Under the pieces are notes generated by a model that had not been told where the DNA came from, made no database searches, and saw only the letters and a list, made by a program, of their open reading frames with translations. Below, one piece after another: positions 1 through 9,677 of a stretch of DNA of 64,000 nt. How positions within the stretch are numbered: the stretch's first letter is position 1; the number at the start of each line of letters is the position of its first letter. This DNA is from Candidatus Hopanoidivorans cymbastelae (GTDB lineage Bacteria > Actinomycetota > Acidimicrobiia > Acidimicrobiales > Hopanoidiivorantaceae): assembly GCA_028283145.1 (NCBI GenBank), contig JAPYNY010000066.1:2171-66170 (forward strand), given 5' to 3'. Made by a program: the position numbers and the translations under genes.

Positions 1-143
1 TTGATCGAGCCAGTAGGCGCGATAATCCACCCTGTGCTGACTGGCCTCGTATGCCAGGCTGCACAACGGTGTATAAATTGGTAGTAAACATTATCCAGAA
101 TGAAACACAAGAAAGCTAACTTGAAGCTTTACAGGCGCAATAA

Positions 144-2402
144 ATGGATACAAAACAAATGAAAAAGTCAGGCTCTCAGCTTGCTGGAGTTGTAACCAAA
201 GTATTTCATGCTAGCCCTGACTGGTCGTCTGGGTTGCTTAAAACGGCTTCAGGGGACACCGCGCGGTTTTCAGGGAAGATATTTGCCAAGCTCTACAAAT
301 CGGTTGTTCTGGATGGCCGCTGGGTTGATGACCCAACCTACGGACAAAACTTTGAAGTAAAGGATTTCATACCCAGCCTTGAGCTTAATCTTGAGGGCCT
401 GGTGCGCTATCTCTCAGAAGATCCTGCTATCAGGGGCGTTGGCTTAAGCAGGGCGCAGAATATCGTTGATAAATGCGGACACGACTTTGAGAAAATGATT
501 TCTGACCAACCCATTGAGTTCATGACCTTGAGCCAACTCAATGAGCGTGTCGCAAACAACCTCAAAAAAGTTTGGGCAAGAAATCACCCACGCAACGCCA
601 CCAGGTCATGGCTTTACAGCTACGGCTTATCCAATTTCATAGTGGAGCAACTTATCAAGCAACTCGGCAATAGCAGCTTGGATGTAATCCAAAGTGACCC
701 CTACGTGCTGCTGGACAAAAAGTATCCAGGCTTCGGTTTCAGCAGGGTTGATGCAATTGCACGCAGGATCGGCATTCCACCCGATCATCCCTCACGGTTA
801 AAAGCAGTCATCATGCACACCGTCTCACAAGAACTTATGGAAGGACATTGCTGGACTTCGCAGCAAGAATTGCTTGTCAAAGCAGCACAAACTCTTTCAA
901 TACCTCAAGATAGCCAGATAGAAATCAGCTCAGAGCAACTATCCGAAGCCTTGAGAAGCCTTTTGGATGAATCTAAACTAGCGTGGCTGGCTCCTGAGGA
1001 AGCTGAGGTATTTGTTGAAATGGCTTTGCGATCCGAAAATCTCAGAATTGGGCTGCCGGAGTTGAAGCAACAAGAAAGCGACCTAGCTAATTTGTTCAAA
1101 CAAGCCAGCCAGAAAAATCCGCACTCCAACACCTTCCTGACCTTGGCTTTCAAAACCACTCAAAAAACCGCCGGTCTCAATGACAAGCAAGAACAAGCTG
1201 TCAAACTGGCCCTCTCCAAAAATCTGTGTTTGATTTCAGGTGTAGCTGGGGCAGGGAAAACCCATGTCGTTTCGCAAATTTCAGAAATATTCAAGCGGGC
1301 TGGCTTGGAGGTTGCTCTGACAGCTCCCACTGGCAAGGCTGCCAGACGCATGGAGGAGGTATGCGAAGGGGACGCCAAAACCATTCACCGCCTGCTGCGC
1401 TGGGACGGAAAGAGGTTTGGAATCACTAGGCAAAACCAGCTTCAAACAGACGTGATCGTCGTTGACGAATTCTCCATGGTGGATGTCCACTTAGCCTGGC
1501 ACCTATTTGAAGCCATTGACTTGTCAAAAACATCTGTCATAATGGTTGGAGACCACAACCAGCTACCTCCAGTCGGCCCTGGCAATATTTTGCGAGACCT
1601 CATCCAAAGTGAAGTTTTGCCCACAGTCATCCTTGACGAAGTAGTTCGCCAAGCAGGCGAATTGCCCCACAAGTGTGCTGAAATCCTTAAAGGCGAAGTC
1701 CCTGACTCAACTCCTGCCGATTCCAACCGTCGAATTGCTTGGGCTGTCATGCCAGACCTGAAGACCACAGAAGAAGTTTTGGATTATTTATCTCTACTTT
1801 TTGAGGAGCGCTTGGAAGCCAGGGGCTTTGATGATATTTTGAAAGACGTCCAGGTCTTGTCTCCCCAGCGAGCTGGACCCATCGGTACTGAAAATCTCAA
1901 CCGACAACTTCAGAAGCTAATTCAAAAGAAACTCTGGGAGGTAGATGTTGACACGTCTGCGGAGACCACAGAACTCCTCAAGAACGATAAAGTCATCCAA
2001 ACCAAGAACAACTACAACTTAGGCAAAAATGGGGTCATGAACGGCACGATTGGCACCGTGGTTGACCGAGACCCCAAAGGTGTGCTGGAGATCGAATTTG
2101 ACGGAGAGAAAGAACCCGTCAAGATAAGGCCAAAATCCGCCGACCGGCAAGATATTCAACTGGCCTACGCTTTGACAATCCACAAATCTCAAGGGTCGGA
2201 GTTTCCTTGCGTGGTTCTGGTCGTTCACAGCGACCATTACTACATGCATCACCGCAACTTGTTTTACACAGGTGTTACACGCGCCAAAACAACTGCCCTG
2301 ACCATAGGCGACAGCCGAGGCATAAGAGTCTGTGCGCAACGCATTAAAGCCGATAAGCGCAGAACGTTCTTGTCGCAGTTGCTGCAGGACAGCAACGCCT
2401 AG
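144..2402 (+). CDS. recD2: RecD2-like SF1 ATP-dependent DNA helicase
   Basis: 752 aa ORF with Walker A GVAGAGKTH, motif II VIVVDEFSMVD, GDHNQLPPVGPG and TIHKSQGSEF, typical of the RecD/TraA SF1 helicase family. The long N-terminal region before the helicase core matches RecD2/YrrC-type architecture. Confidence 0.85.
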   Translation: MDTKQMKKSGSQLAGVVTKVFHASPDWSSGLLKTASGDTARFSGKIFAKLYKSVVLDGRWVDDPTYGQNFEVKDFIPSLELNLEGLVRYLSEDPAIRGVGLSRAQNIVDKCGHDFEKMISDQPIEFMTLSQLNERVANNLKKVWARNHPRNATRSWLYSYGLSNFIVEQLIKQLGNSSLDVIQSDPYVLLDKKYPGFGFSRVDAIARRIGIPPDHPSRLKAVIMHTVSQELMEGHCWTSQQELLVKAAQTLSIPQDSQIEISSEQLSEALRSLLDESKLAWLAPEEAEVFVEMALRSENLRIGLPELKQQESDLANLFKQASQKNPHSNTFLTLAFKTTQKTAGLNDKQEQAVKLALSKNLCLISGVAGAGKTHVVSQISEIFKRAGLEVALTAPTGKAARRMEEVCEGDAKTIHRLLRWDGKRFGITRQNQLQTDVIVVDEFSMVDVHLAWHLFEAIDLSKTSVIMVGDHNQLPPVGPGNILRDLIQSEVLPTVILDEVVRQAGELPHKCAEILKGEVPDSTPADSNRRIAWAVMPDLKTTEEVLDYLSLLFEERLEARGFDDILKDVQVLSPQRAGPIGTENLNRQLQKLIQKKLWEVDVDTSAETTELLKNDKVIQTKNNYNLGKNGVMNGTIGTVVDRDPKGVLEIEFDGEKEPVKIRPKSADRQDIQLAYALTIHKSQGSEFPCVVLVVHSDHYYMHHRNLFYTGVTRAKTTALTIGDSRGIRVCAQRIKADKRRTFLSQLLQDSNA

Positions 2403-3862
2403 ACCACCCGTTCACCACCCACCCAAGTTGCTCTGACTGGATTTTCGGGCATAGCTGCTGCCACCTCGCGCCAAGGTGCCTCCAGCAAGCACAAATCGGC
2501 TGGTTCACCTAGCTTGACCTGTCTTGGCACGCCACCCGGGTCATCCAAGTGAGACAAGAACAAAGCCAAAGCCTGCTCGGATTTGACCCGCTCAGCTGCT
2601 CCCAGAACAACTCCGCCAAACTGTGTACGCCTAGTTACCGCAGCCCAGATAGCCTGCCAAGGATTGGGGCTTCCGAATGGCGCGTCTGTGCTTCCCGCAA
2701 CCCGGAGCCCTGCTTCTTGCAAACCCCTGCAGCGATACAACCAGTCAATGTCGTCCGATTCGACTTCAGCCAAATATCTATCGCCCCTTTCTGCCACAAA
2801 ATTGGGCTGGGTCACAACCCGAACATTATGGCGCAGCAACCCTTCCATAAGTTCGGGCGGAACTACACTGGCATGTTCCACCCTGTCGCCAGCAACTGAA
2901 CCAACTTCATCCAAGACTGCCACCAACAAAGCCAGCGAAGCCCTTGTTACAGAGTGGACAGCTGCAGAGCGACCACTGCCATGCGCGCTAGAGATTTTCT
3001 CAGCCAAGTGATCAAACGAAGGCAAACTGTGGTCTGAGAGAATAATTTTGTAGGGGCCAGGGTTGACATGCTCAGAACCCTCAGGCACCATGAGCGTAAG
3101 CCTCTGTGGCAGCTCCCCACCAGAAACTGCCTGTGAAAAAAACGCAACTTCTTCAGCTCCATATTCGGGCGTTGCATCTGTGATACCCGTAACCCCAAAG
3201 CCAGCCAACAATGCCCCCACCTGACCGATCCTGTTGGCTGCTCCCGTTCGTTCTAAGGCATCCAGCCGCAAGAACTCATCGCTGCCAAAAAATCGTCCCG
3301 TGGGTTTGCCATCGGCGCCCACCTCCGCACCCGAGGTATCTTGCGTTAAACCCAGAAGTTCCATTGCCAGGGAATTGAACATCCACATGGCTCCGCTGGA
3401 ATGTTGAACCCTTATGGGATGATTGGAGGCTATGGCATCCAAAGCTTCTTGATCTAACTCCCCGGCAACGGATTCGTGGTAGCCGACTGCTCTGATCCAG
3501 TCTTTGCCTGAAGCCAAGCCAGCCTTGGCTGACAAAAATGCCTGATAAAACTCCTCCCTGGTTGCAACTTCTGGAGGCCCAACCTTCAAAGATCTGAGCG
3601 ACTCAGCTAAAGACAGCAGATGGATATGGTGGTCGTGGAGACCCATTAGCAGCGCACATCCTGCGGCCTCAATCTCATCTGCTATGTTCAACTCAGAATG
3701 GGCCATGTCCAACTTAGAATTGGTTTTCCGCCCTGTGAATGAGAGTTTGGATGAGGCAGGCAGAATCCTATTTATCTGGCCTCTGGAAACTACTACGTCA
3801 GCTGCTTGCCACTCCCGCCGACCAAGTTGAAGCAGTTCAGCATTTCTGATCACAAAATCCAT
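2399..3862 (-). CDS. Amidohydrolase family (YtcJ-like, amidohydrolase 3) metal-dependent hydrolase
   Basis: HxH metal motif (LHDHHIHLL) and C-terminal GSTDAPF. I moved the start to ATG 3862 (MDFVIRNAELL), which sits just downstream of the upstream gene stop at 3880. The track start at 3952 would overlap that gene. Confidence 0.7.
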   Translation of the reverse strand: MDFVIRNAELLQLGRREWQAADVVVSRGQINRILPASSKLSFTGRKTNSKLDMAHSELNIADEIEAAGCALLMGLHDHHIHLLSLAESLRSLKVGPPEVATREEFYQAFLSAKAGLASGKDWIRAVGYHESVAGELDQEALDAIASNHPIRVQHSSGAMWMFNSLAMELLGLTQDTSGAEVGADGKPTGRFFGSDEFLRLDALERTGAANRIGQVGALLAGFGVTGITDATPEYGAEEVAFFSQAVSGGELPQRLTLMVPEGSEHVNPGPYKIILSDHSLPSFDHLAEKISSAHGSGRSAAVHSVTRASLALLVAVLDEVGSVAGDRVEHASVVPPELMEGLLRHNVRVVTQPNFVAERGDRYLAEVESDDIDWLYRCRGLQEAGLRVAGSTDAPFGSPNPWQAIWAAVTRRTQFGGVVLGAAERVKSEQALALFLSHLDDPGGVPRQVKLGEPADLCLLEAPWREVAAAMPENPVRATWVGGERVV

Positions 3863-3879
3863 GACGAAGGCGCTTTCTC

Positions 3880-5151
3880 TTATTGACCACTCAGCCAGCT
3901 GGCTACTTTGGCCATTGGAATGTCCAGCACTGCCCCAGATGAATTCGGCCAAGCTCTCAGGATTGAAACAGCTGCATAGACGCCTGTGGTTGGGTCTGCC
4001 AAGGCATCACCTATAAAACAGGGCAGGGGCTGGTTTAAGCCATCTTTGATTTGCGCCTCCCATACCAAACCTCCAGCCGCCGCGGCATCATCTCCGAAAG
4101 CTACTCTATTTCGGCTTGCTCCATACAATCCATAGCCTGTTATGGCAGCCCAAATACCCCCGCTGGTCGCCACCACTTCACTAGGGTTGATCCCCAACTG
4201 CTCCAAAGCTCTGAAACGACAAGACGAAATGACAATATCTGATTCAAGCAGAAGTTCCCGCAATTTTTCTCTGCCTTGAGAGTTTCGCAAATCAAACGAA
4301 AGGTGCTTCTTGTGTGAGTTCAGTCTCTCATAGAACACCGGCTGTCCCTGACGCAACCCGTCTGGGCGCGAGACACTTTCCAACTTGATCACCTGTGCTC
4401 CCAACCTTCCCAGCAAATCGCCACACAATGGCCCCGCCCACATAGCAGACATGTCTGCTACCTTGGCTCCGTCTAGCTGCCGGCTTCGTTTTAGGTTTCT
4501 TTTAGTTTCACCCCGAAAGGTTGACTCAACTTCTTGCGCTGAGCACCAGTCAACTGGAAATTTGAAGCTGCCCACCCCGCAAACTGCCATGCCAAGTTCT
4601 GCTCCAACGGTTTCCAAATCCGCAACGTGACATTTGCTGACGAGCTCAGATATAGCTTCCCAGTCCGAAACATCCCCTACGTAATCTCCCAAAGCTAAAG
4701 AGAGATTTCCCAAGGCTAACGAAAGCCAAGCCTCCACCAACTCCCAATCGCTCACACGTGGCAAGTTCACAGCTATCACACCATCTGCTGCCCGCAACAT
4801 CCTGCATGCCCCGCCCAAAGAAATTGGCTCGCGTCGGCTCCAAAAATCATGTCGCGCGACACCCAGCAATTCAGCTCTTTCCACCAAAAGCTTTTCTCCA
4901 GACAAAGCCGGCGGCTCAGCTCGACTCTCCCCCACCCCACCAAAGTCCTGGCCATGAAGCGACTCCAAAAAACGCTGATATGCACTGCCGTCGGCTGCCA
5001 GCAGCTTTGCCAACTGCTCCAACTCCGACACCAACGCCCCCCACCGCTTCAAGGCAGTAGCTGGTATGGCTCTAGTAGCAGGCTTAGTGGCAGGCATGGC
5101 TTCAACAACCGGCATAGCTCCAGAAGCGGACATAGCTCTAGTGGCGGACAT
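3880..5151 (-). CDS. CaiB/BaiF (family III) CoA-transferase-like protein with an atypical N-terminal ~220 aa extension
   Basis: The family III signature MWAGPLCGDLLGRLGAQVIKLES..RPDG lies in the middle of the 423 aa ORF instead of at the N-terminus. Confidence 0.6.
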   Translation of the reverse strand: MSATRAMSASGAMPVVEAMPATKPATRAIPATALKRWGALVSELEQLAKLLAADGSAYQRFLESLHGQDFGGVGESRAEPPALSGEKLLVERAELLGVARHDFWSRREPISLGGACRMLRAADGVIAVNLPRVSDWELVEAWLSLALGNLSLALGDYVGDVSDWEAISELVSKCHVADLETVGAELGMAVCGVGSFKFPVDWCSAQEVESTFRGETKRNLKRSRQLDGAKVADMSAMWAGPLCGDLLGRLGAQVIKLESVSRPDGLRQGQPVFYERLNSHKKHLSFDLRNSQGREKLRELLLESDIVISSCRFRALEQLGINPSEVVATSGGIWAAITGYGLYGASRNRVAFGDDAAAAGGLVWEAQIKDGLNQPLPCFIGDALADPTTGVYAAVSILRAWPNSSGAVLDIPMAKVASWLSGQ

Positions 5152-5267
5152 GGCTCAAAACTTGGCTTGCGTTGGCTGACAATAGCTTTCCTTGTTAACC
5201 TTGCCCAACCGAACCTGATGTGGCAAACTTAAACAACAAACTAAAATTACCCTAACGGAGGTTTTCA

Positions 5268-5570
5268 ATGCAACTAACACCTGGCACAAGATTGAAAAGC
5301 GGCGCATGCGATACTGAGGTTATAGTCGTCAAAGCCCCAAGCCAAGACCTAGTCATTACCTGTGGCGGCTCTCCTATGGCGGCTCCAGGCGAGGAGAATT
5401 CAGCTGAATTGTCACCAGGTTTAAACAGCGGCACTCAACTGGGCAAGCGCTACGTCAATGAAGACGAGACGCTGGAAATTTTGTGCACCAAGTCGGGTGA
5501 AGGTTCCTTGAGCATTGGAGACAGCCCGCTGAAGGTCAAAGAAGCCAAGCCACTGCCTGCTTCTGACTGA
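5268..5570 (+). CDS. Small conserved hypothetical protein (100 aa) upstream of an acyl-CoA synthetase
   Basis: Clean ORF with GGAGG-like RBS (aacggagg) 6-7 nt upstream of the ATG. No family recognised. Confidence 0.45.
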   Translation: MQLTPGTRLKSGACDTEVIVVKAPSQDLVITCGGSPMAAPGEENSAELSPGLNSGTQLGKRYVNEDETLEILCTKSGEGSLSIGDSPLKVKEAKPLPASD

Positions 5571-5623
5571 CCAAATAGTGCCACAGAGCTTGGAGTTGTC
5601 CAACATCAAAAGGAGGATTTGCG

Positions 5624-7120
5624 GTGAATGTAATTACTTTGTTGGATATGGCTAGAAATTGCTTCCCCGACCGGCCAGCCATCACCAGCGGCAGCCGACA
5701 CTTCACCTACGAAGACATCTTCAACCTGTCTGGCGCAGCAGCCCAGCAGATCCGAAACTCCGAGATTGAAAATGTAAGCCTGGTTGACATCTCTTCACCT
5801 GCTCTGCCAATTGCTTTGTTTGCTTCCGCCTGGGCAGGCAAGCCTTTTGCTCCCTTGAATTACCGCCTGTCATCTTCTGACCTAACTGGCCTGCTTGATC
5901 GCATTTCCCCGGCCTTGGTGATCTGTGGCCAGAACTACCTGAACCAGATACGCCCTTCCTCCAAGCTTCACCAAATCAGCAGCGAACATTGGCTGTCGCC
6001 ACCCCGAAGCGAGACAGACCACCCACAAGACTGGAATTCCGACCCTGAAGAAACAGCCATCCTGCTATTCACATCCGGCACGACTGGCGGACCCAAAGCC
6101 GCCATCTTGCGCCACCGCAACCTCTTCTCTTACGTAACTGGCAGCGTTGAATTTATGAGCGCAGGCCCGCAAGAGGCCATCCTGACGGCAGTCCCTCCCT
6201 ATCACATCGCAGCCATGGCTAATCTGCTTAGTTCCATCTATGCCGGCAGACGCATCGTGCAGTTGCCCAATTTTGATGCTGATACATGGATTGACTTGGT
6301 AATCAAGGAAAAGGTTACCCATGCCATGTTGGTGCCTACCATGCTGACCCGCATTGCCGACCGCTTGGAGGCTCGCAGAGAAACTCTTCCGACGCTCACT
6401 TCTGTCTCTTACGGAGGAGGCAAAACCTCACGACCGGTAGTAGAAAAAATTCTCAACCTGCTACCCCATACCAACTTTGTCAACGCCTATGGTCTGACCG
6501 AAACCAGTTCCACTGTCTCCATCTTGGGACCCAAGGAGCACCGTGAAGCCATAGCCAGCGACAATCCAGTTGAGAGGTCTCGACTGGGCTCAGCAGGCTT
6601 GCCATTGCCGACTGTTGAGGTGTCAATTCGAGACCGCCAGGGCAGGGAGGTCTGTCCCGGCCAAAGCGGTGAAATCTGGGTCAGGGGCGATCAGGTATCG
6701 GGAGAATACAAGGAGCGCGAAAGCCAGCTGACTTCAGACGGCTGGTTCAAGACCAATGACGGCGGACATTTTGACACTGCCGGCTATCTCTACATTGAAG
6801 GGCGTTTGGATGATGTGATCATCAGGGGCGGCGAGAATATATCACCAGGTGAAATTGAAGATGCTATCTTGACTCACAGTAAAGTTGTGGATGCAGCAGT
6901 GGTTGGAATCGCCCACCGTGACTGGGGCGAACAAATTGCAGCCGTCGTAGTGCTGAGACAGGGAACTGAGGCCTCGCAAGACGAGATTATAGAACATGTA
7001 CGCTCCAAGCTGCGCTCGCTGAAGTCGCCTGACAAAGTCCTTTTCCGTGATGAGTTGCCCTACAATCCAACTGGCAAGCTGCTCCGTAATGTGCTGCGGG
7101 AAGAGTTGGCCGGCAGCTGA
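5624..7120 (+). CDS. AMP-dependent synthetase/ligase (acyl-CoA synthetase family)
   Basis: AMP-binding motif LFTSGTTGGPKAA, GYLYIEGRLDDVIIRGGENISPGEIE, GTG start preceded by aaaggagg. Confidence 0.85.
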   Translation: MNVITLLDMARNCFPDRPAITSGSRHFTYEDIFNLSGAAAQQIRNSEIENVSLVDISSPALPIALFASAWAGKPFAPLNYRLSSSDLTGLLDRISPALVICGQNYLNQIRPSSKLHQISSEHWLSPPRSETDHPQDWNSDPEETAILLFTSGTTGGPKAAILRHRNLFSYVTGSVEFMSAGPQEAILTAVPPYHIAAMANLLSSIYAGRRIVQLPNFDADTWIDLVIKEKVTHAMLVPTMLTRIADRLEARRETLPTLTSVSYGGGKTSRPVVEKILNLLPHTNFVNAYGLTETSSTVSILGPKEHREAIASDNPVERSRLGSAGLPLPTVEVSIRDRQGREVCPGQSGEIWVRGDQVSGEYKERESQLTSDGWFKTNDGGHFDTAGYLYIEGRLDDVIIRGGENISPGEIEDAILTHSKVVDAAVVGIAHRDWGEQIAAVVVLRQGTEASQDEIIEHVRSKLRSLKSPDKVLFRDELPYNPTGKLLRNVLREELAGS

Positions 7121-7238
7121 GTCTGGCTCCAAGTCTTGCATCGCTCGCTTGTTTTCGTCCAGCCCCCTGGCACTGCTCTCGTTGGCCTATTTGCCCTTTC
7201 GCTCCACCCTCCCGTTCGCGCTCTGCTCTTGACTAAAA

Positions 7239-8420
7239 ATGACAGAGCCGATTTCTTTTCAGTCGTTTGATGCTCTGGAAAATTTTCTCTGGCATCCCCA
7301 CGCGCATGAAAATTTCAACGAGAAATGTCCTCTGCTGCTGGTAGAACTATCCGGTGCTGCCTTAGTTGCCTACGACAAATCACTGAATAAAAATCCCCAA
7401 GGCAAAGCCACTAGCGCAAAACTAACCGAGCAGTTGGGTTCATTTCCAGCTGTTACGGTTGTGGCTCTTGGCTCTCCGGAGGGCTTTGACTTTGCTCTGT
7501 CTGACTCAACCAACCAGTTGCTTGCGGCATTTGATATTTTGCTTATCGACACACCTGGCACTGAACTGCCAGCCAAGCAGCTAGCCAGCCCTAGGCCAAA
7601 AACCGCCTGGGTTACTACGGAAAGCCTTCAAGAAGCAATAGCCAACCTCACCATCACTGTCAAGGCTTCTCCCCAGGCATCCATGTCGCTGGCCCAACTG
7701 CTGCGAGCCAGTCAAGCACTGTCCGTACGGGATGCCTTGATGTCTGAGTCATGGGTCTATTCCAACCTCCAAAGCGGCGCAGAATTTGCTCGCTGGCTGC
7801 AGACCTCCTCTGCCAAACCTTTGCTTGCCTCCATCACACAGTCTCTTCCTGCCATTAATTTGGCTTCTCCGGTGCTGGTGGAAGAACATGGTGACACCCT
7901 CAGGCTGGTGCTCAACCGCCCCGAGAGGCGCAATGCTTTCAACGCGGGCATGCGAGACGCCTTGGTAGAGGCTTTGCGTGCAGCCAGATTGTCGCCCCCT
8001 GCAGGTGGCATAGTTCTGAGCGGAGCGGGCAAGGCATTTTGCTCTGGTGGTGATTTGGATGAGTTTGGAACCACTCCAGACCCCGTTACCGCTCATGTTG
8101 TACGCTCACTCAGAAGCACAGCCTGGGAGATACATTTGCTGCGTCAGCACATAACCGTCAAACTCCACGGCGCGTGCGTGGGAGCGGGAATTGAACTGCC
8201 ATCGTTTGCCGACCGCGTCATTTCAACCCCTGACGCCTTCTTTTGGTTGCCGGAAGTGCGGCTTGGACTGGTGCCTGGTGCCGGTGGAACAGCTGGAATT
8301 CCCCGCAGAATCGGACGCCATCGAACTTGTTGGATGGCTTTGAGCAACCACCGGATTGACCCGCCTACTGCTCTGGAGTGGGGGCTGATTGATGCGATTG
8401 AGGAGATTGAAGCTACTTAG
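7239..8420 (+). CDS. Enoyl-CoA hydratase/isomerase (crotonase) family protein with ~200 aa N-terminal extension
   Basis: The C-terminal half carries LNRPERRNAFN and GAGKAFCSGGDLDEF crotonase motifs. The N-terminal half is unassigned. Confidence 0.7.
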   Translation: MTEPISFQSFDALENFLWHPHAHENFNEKCPLLLVELSGAALVAYDKSLNKNPQGKATSAKLTEQLGSFPAVTVVALGSPEGFDFALSDSTNQLLAAFDILLIDTPGTELPAKQLASPRPKTAWVTTESLQEAIANLTITVKASPQASMSLAQLLRASQALSVRDALMSESWVYSNLQSGAEFARWLQTSSAKPLLASITQSLPAINLASPVLVEEHGDTLRLVLNRPERRNAFNAGMRDALVEALRAARLSPPAGGIVLSGAGKAFCSGGDLDEFGTTPDPVTAHVVRSLRSTAWEIHLLRQHITVKLHGACVGAGIELPSFADRVISTPDAFFWLPEVRLGLVPGAGGTAGIPRRIGRHRTCWMALSNHRIDPPTALEWGLIDAIEEIEAT

Positions 8421-8458
8421 CCAAGTTGTGGACTTCAGCCACAAAACCAGCCTTGCAG

Positions 8459-9595
8459 CTACTTTCTTCTTACTTTTTTGCTAGTTTTTTGCCGGTGTCG
8501 GCCCCGGCTGGCTTTGCGCTCGTGTTCTTCACGTTCTTGAGCTAGATTGGCTAGTTCCTCCCACAGTTTCAAATAGCGCTCAAGTCTTTCCTTGGATAGG
8601 CTTCCCTCCACAACTTCTGCCACAACAGCACAATCTGGTTCCATACGGTGTGAACAATCTCTAAAACGACATCTCTGCGCCACTTGGGCAATGTCGGAGA
8701 AAACCTCATCCAAGGCTTCATCGCCATCCCAGAGGCCCACAGCGCGCAGCCCGGGAGTGTCAATTATCACGCCGCCTTTAGGCAACAGCAGTAAATCTCT
8801 GGCTACGGTGGTGTGCTGTCCTCTGGCTGGCGAAACGCGTTGCCCTTTCTCTGGCAAGCCAGAAGCAGATTCAGCCACTCGGATCGACTTCATTTGTTGC
8901 TCAACTTCAGGCGAAGTCCGGCCGCCTCTAGACAAAAGAGCCCTCGCAATGCTTGATTTCCCCACTCCAGAAGTGCCGATGAGTACCAAAGTCTGTGAGG
9001 GGTCTACTTGAGCTTCCAGCAATTCCAATCCCCACACATCACCCATCACACAGGTTGCCAGCACCTCCACCTCAGGCGCAATCTCGCCAACATCTCGTTT
9101 AAGATGCTTCAACTCTTCCAGCGATACTAGATCGGCTTTGTTCAGCACTACGATTGGACGAGACCCGCTGTTGACCGCCACCACCAGCAATCGCTCCAGT
9201 TGCGCCGGAAGCAACTCCCTGTCTAGCCCATGCACCACTGCCACAACATCCACATTTGACACGATCGTCTGCTCAGATACATCCACCGCAGGGTCACGTC
9301 TGACCAACTCCCCACGCCTAGGCAAAATGCTGTCTATAACCCAGCCAATCCCCACCTCGTGGCTGACAAGCACCCAATCCCCCGTTACGGGCGCAACTAT
9401 GTCTTGGGAAATCTGCGAATTCGAGGTAGCAGCTATGGTACCGTCTTTGGTAAAAACCACGCAGGTGCCTCTGTCAACTCTCCCAATTCGCCCTGGCTGG
9501 CTGTCTTTGAGCGAAGCGTTCTCCGTAACAGCTTCCTGAGTCAAGGCAGCGAAATGGGCATCCCAACCCAAATGTTCAAGTTCTACACTAGGCAT
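8459..9595 (-). CDS. rsgA: Ribosome small-subunit-dependent GTPase A
   Basis: Circularly permuted GTPase order NKADL .. GTSGVGKSS .. DTPG, plus the C-terminal zinc knuckle CRFRDCSHRMEPDCAV. Confidence 0.85.
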   Translation of the reverse strand: MPSVELEHLGWDAHFAALTQEAVTENASLKDSQPGRIGRVDRGTCVVFTKDGTIAATSNSQISQDIVAPVTGDWVLVSHEVGIGWVIDSILPRRGELVRRDPAVDVSEQTIVSNVDVVAVVHGLDRELLPAQLERLLVVAVNSGSRPIVVLNKADLVSLEELKHLKRDVGEIAPEVEVLATCVMGDVWGLELLEAQVDPSQTLVLIGTSGVGKSSIARALLSRGGRTSPEVEQQMKSIRVAESASGLPEKGQRVSPARGQHTTVARDLLLLPKGGVIIDTPGLRAVGLWDGDEALDEVFSDIAQVAQRCRFRDCSHRMEPDCAVVAEVVEGSLSKERLERYLKLWEELANLAQEREEHERKASRGRHRQKTSKKVRRK

Positions 9596-9677
9596 CTAAT
9601 GAAACACTGGATGTATAGCACATAGGCAATTACGGGCAAGTTCCCATTTTCTAGAATGTATTTGATTTCTTTGCCTG

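Noticed and set aside
1-91. Possible 5' end of a minus-strand gene starting at ATG 89-91 and running off the left edge ([16 protein letters not shown]...).
   Set aside because: Only ~30 codons are visible, with no recognisable motif or RBS, so it cannot be supported.
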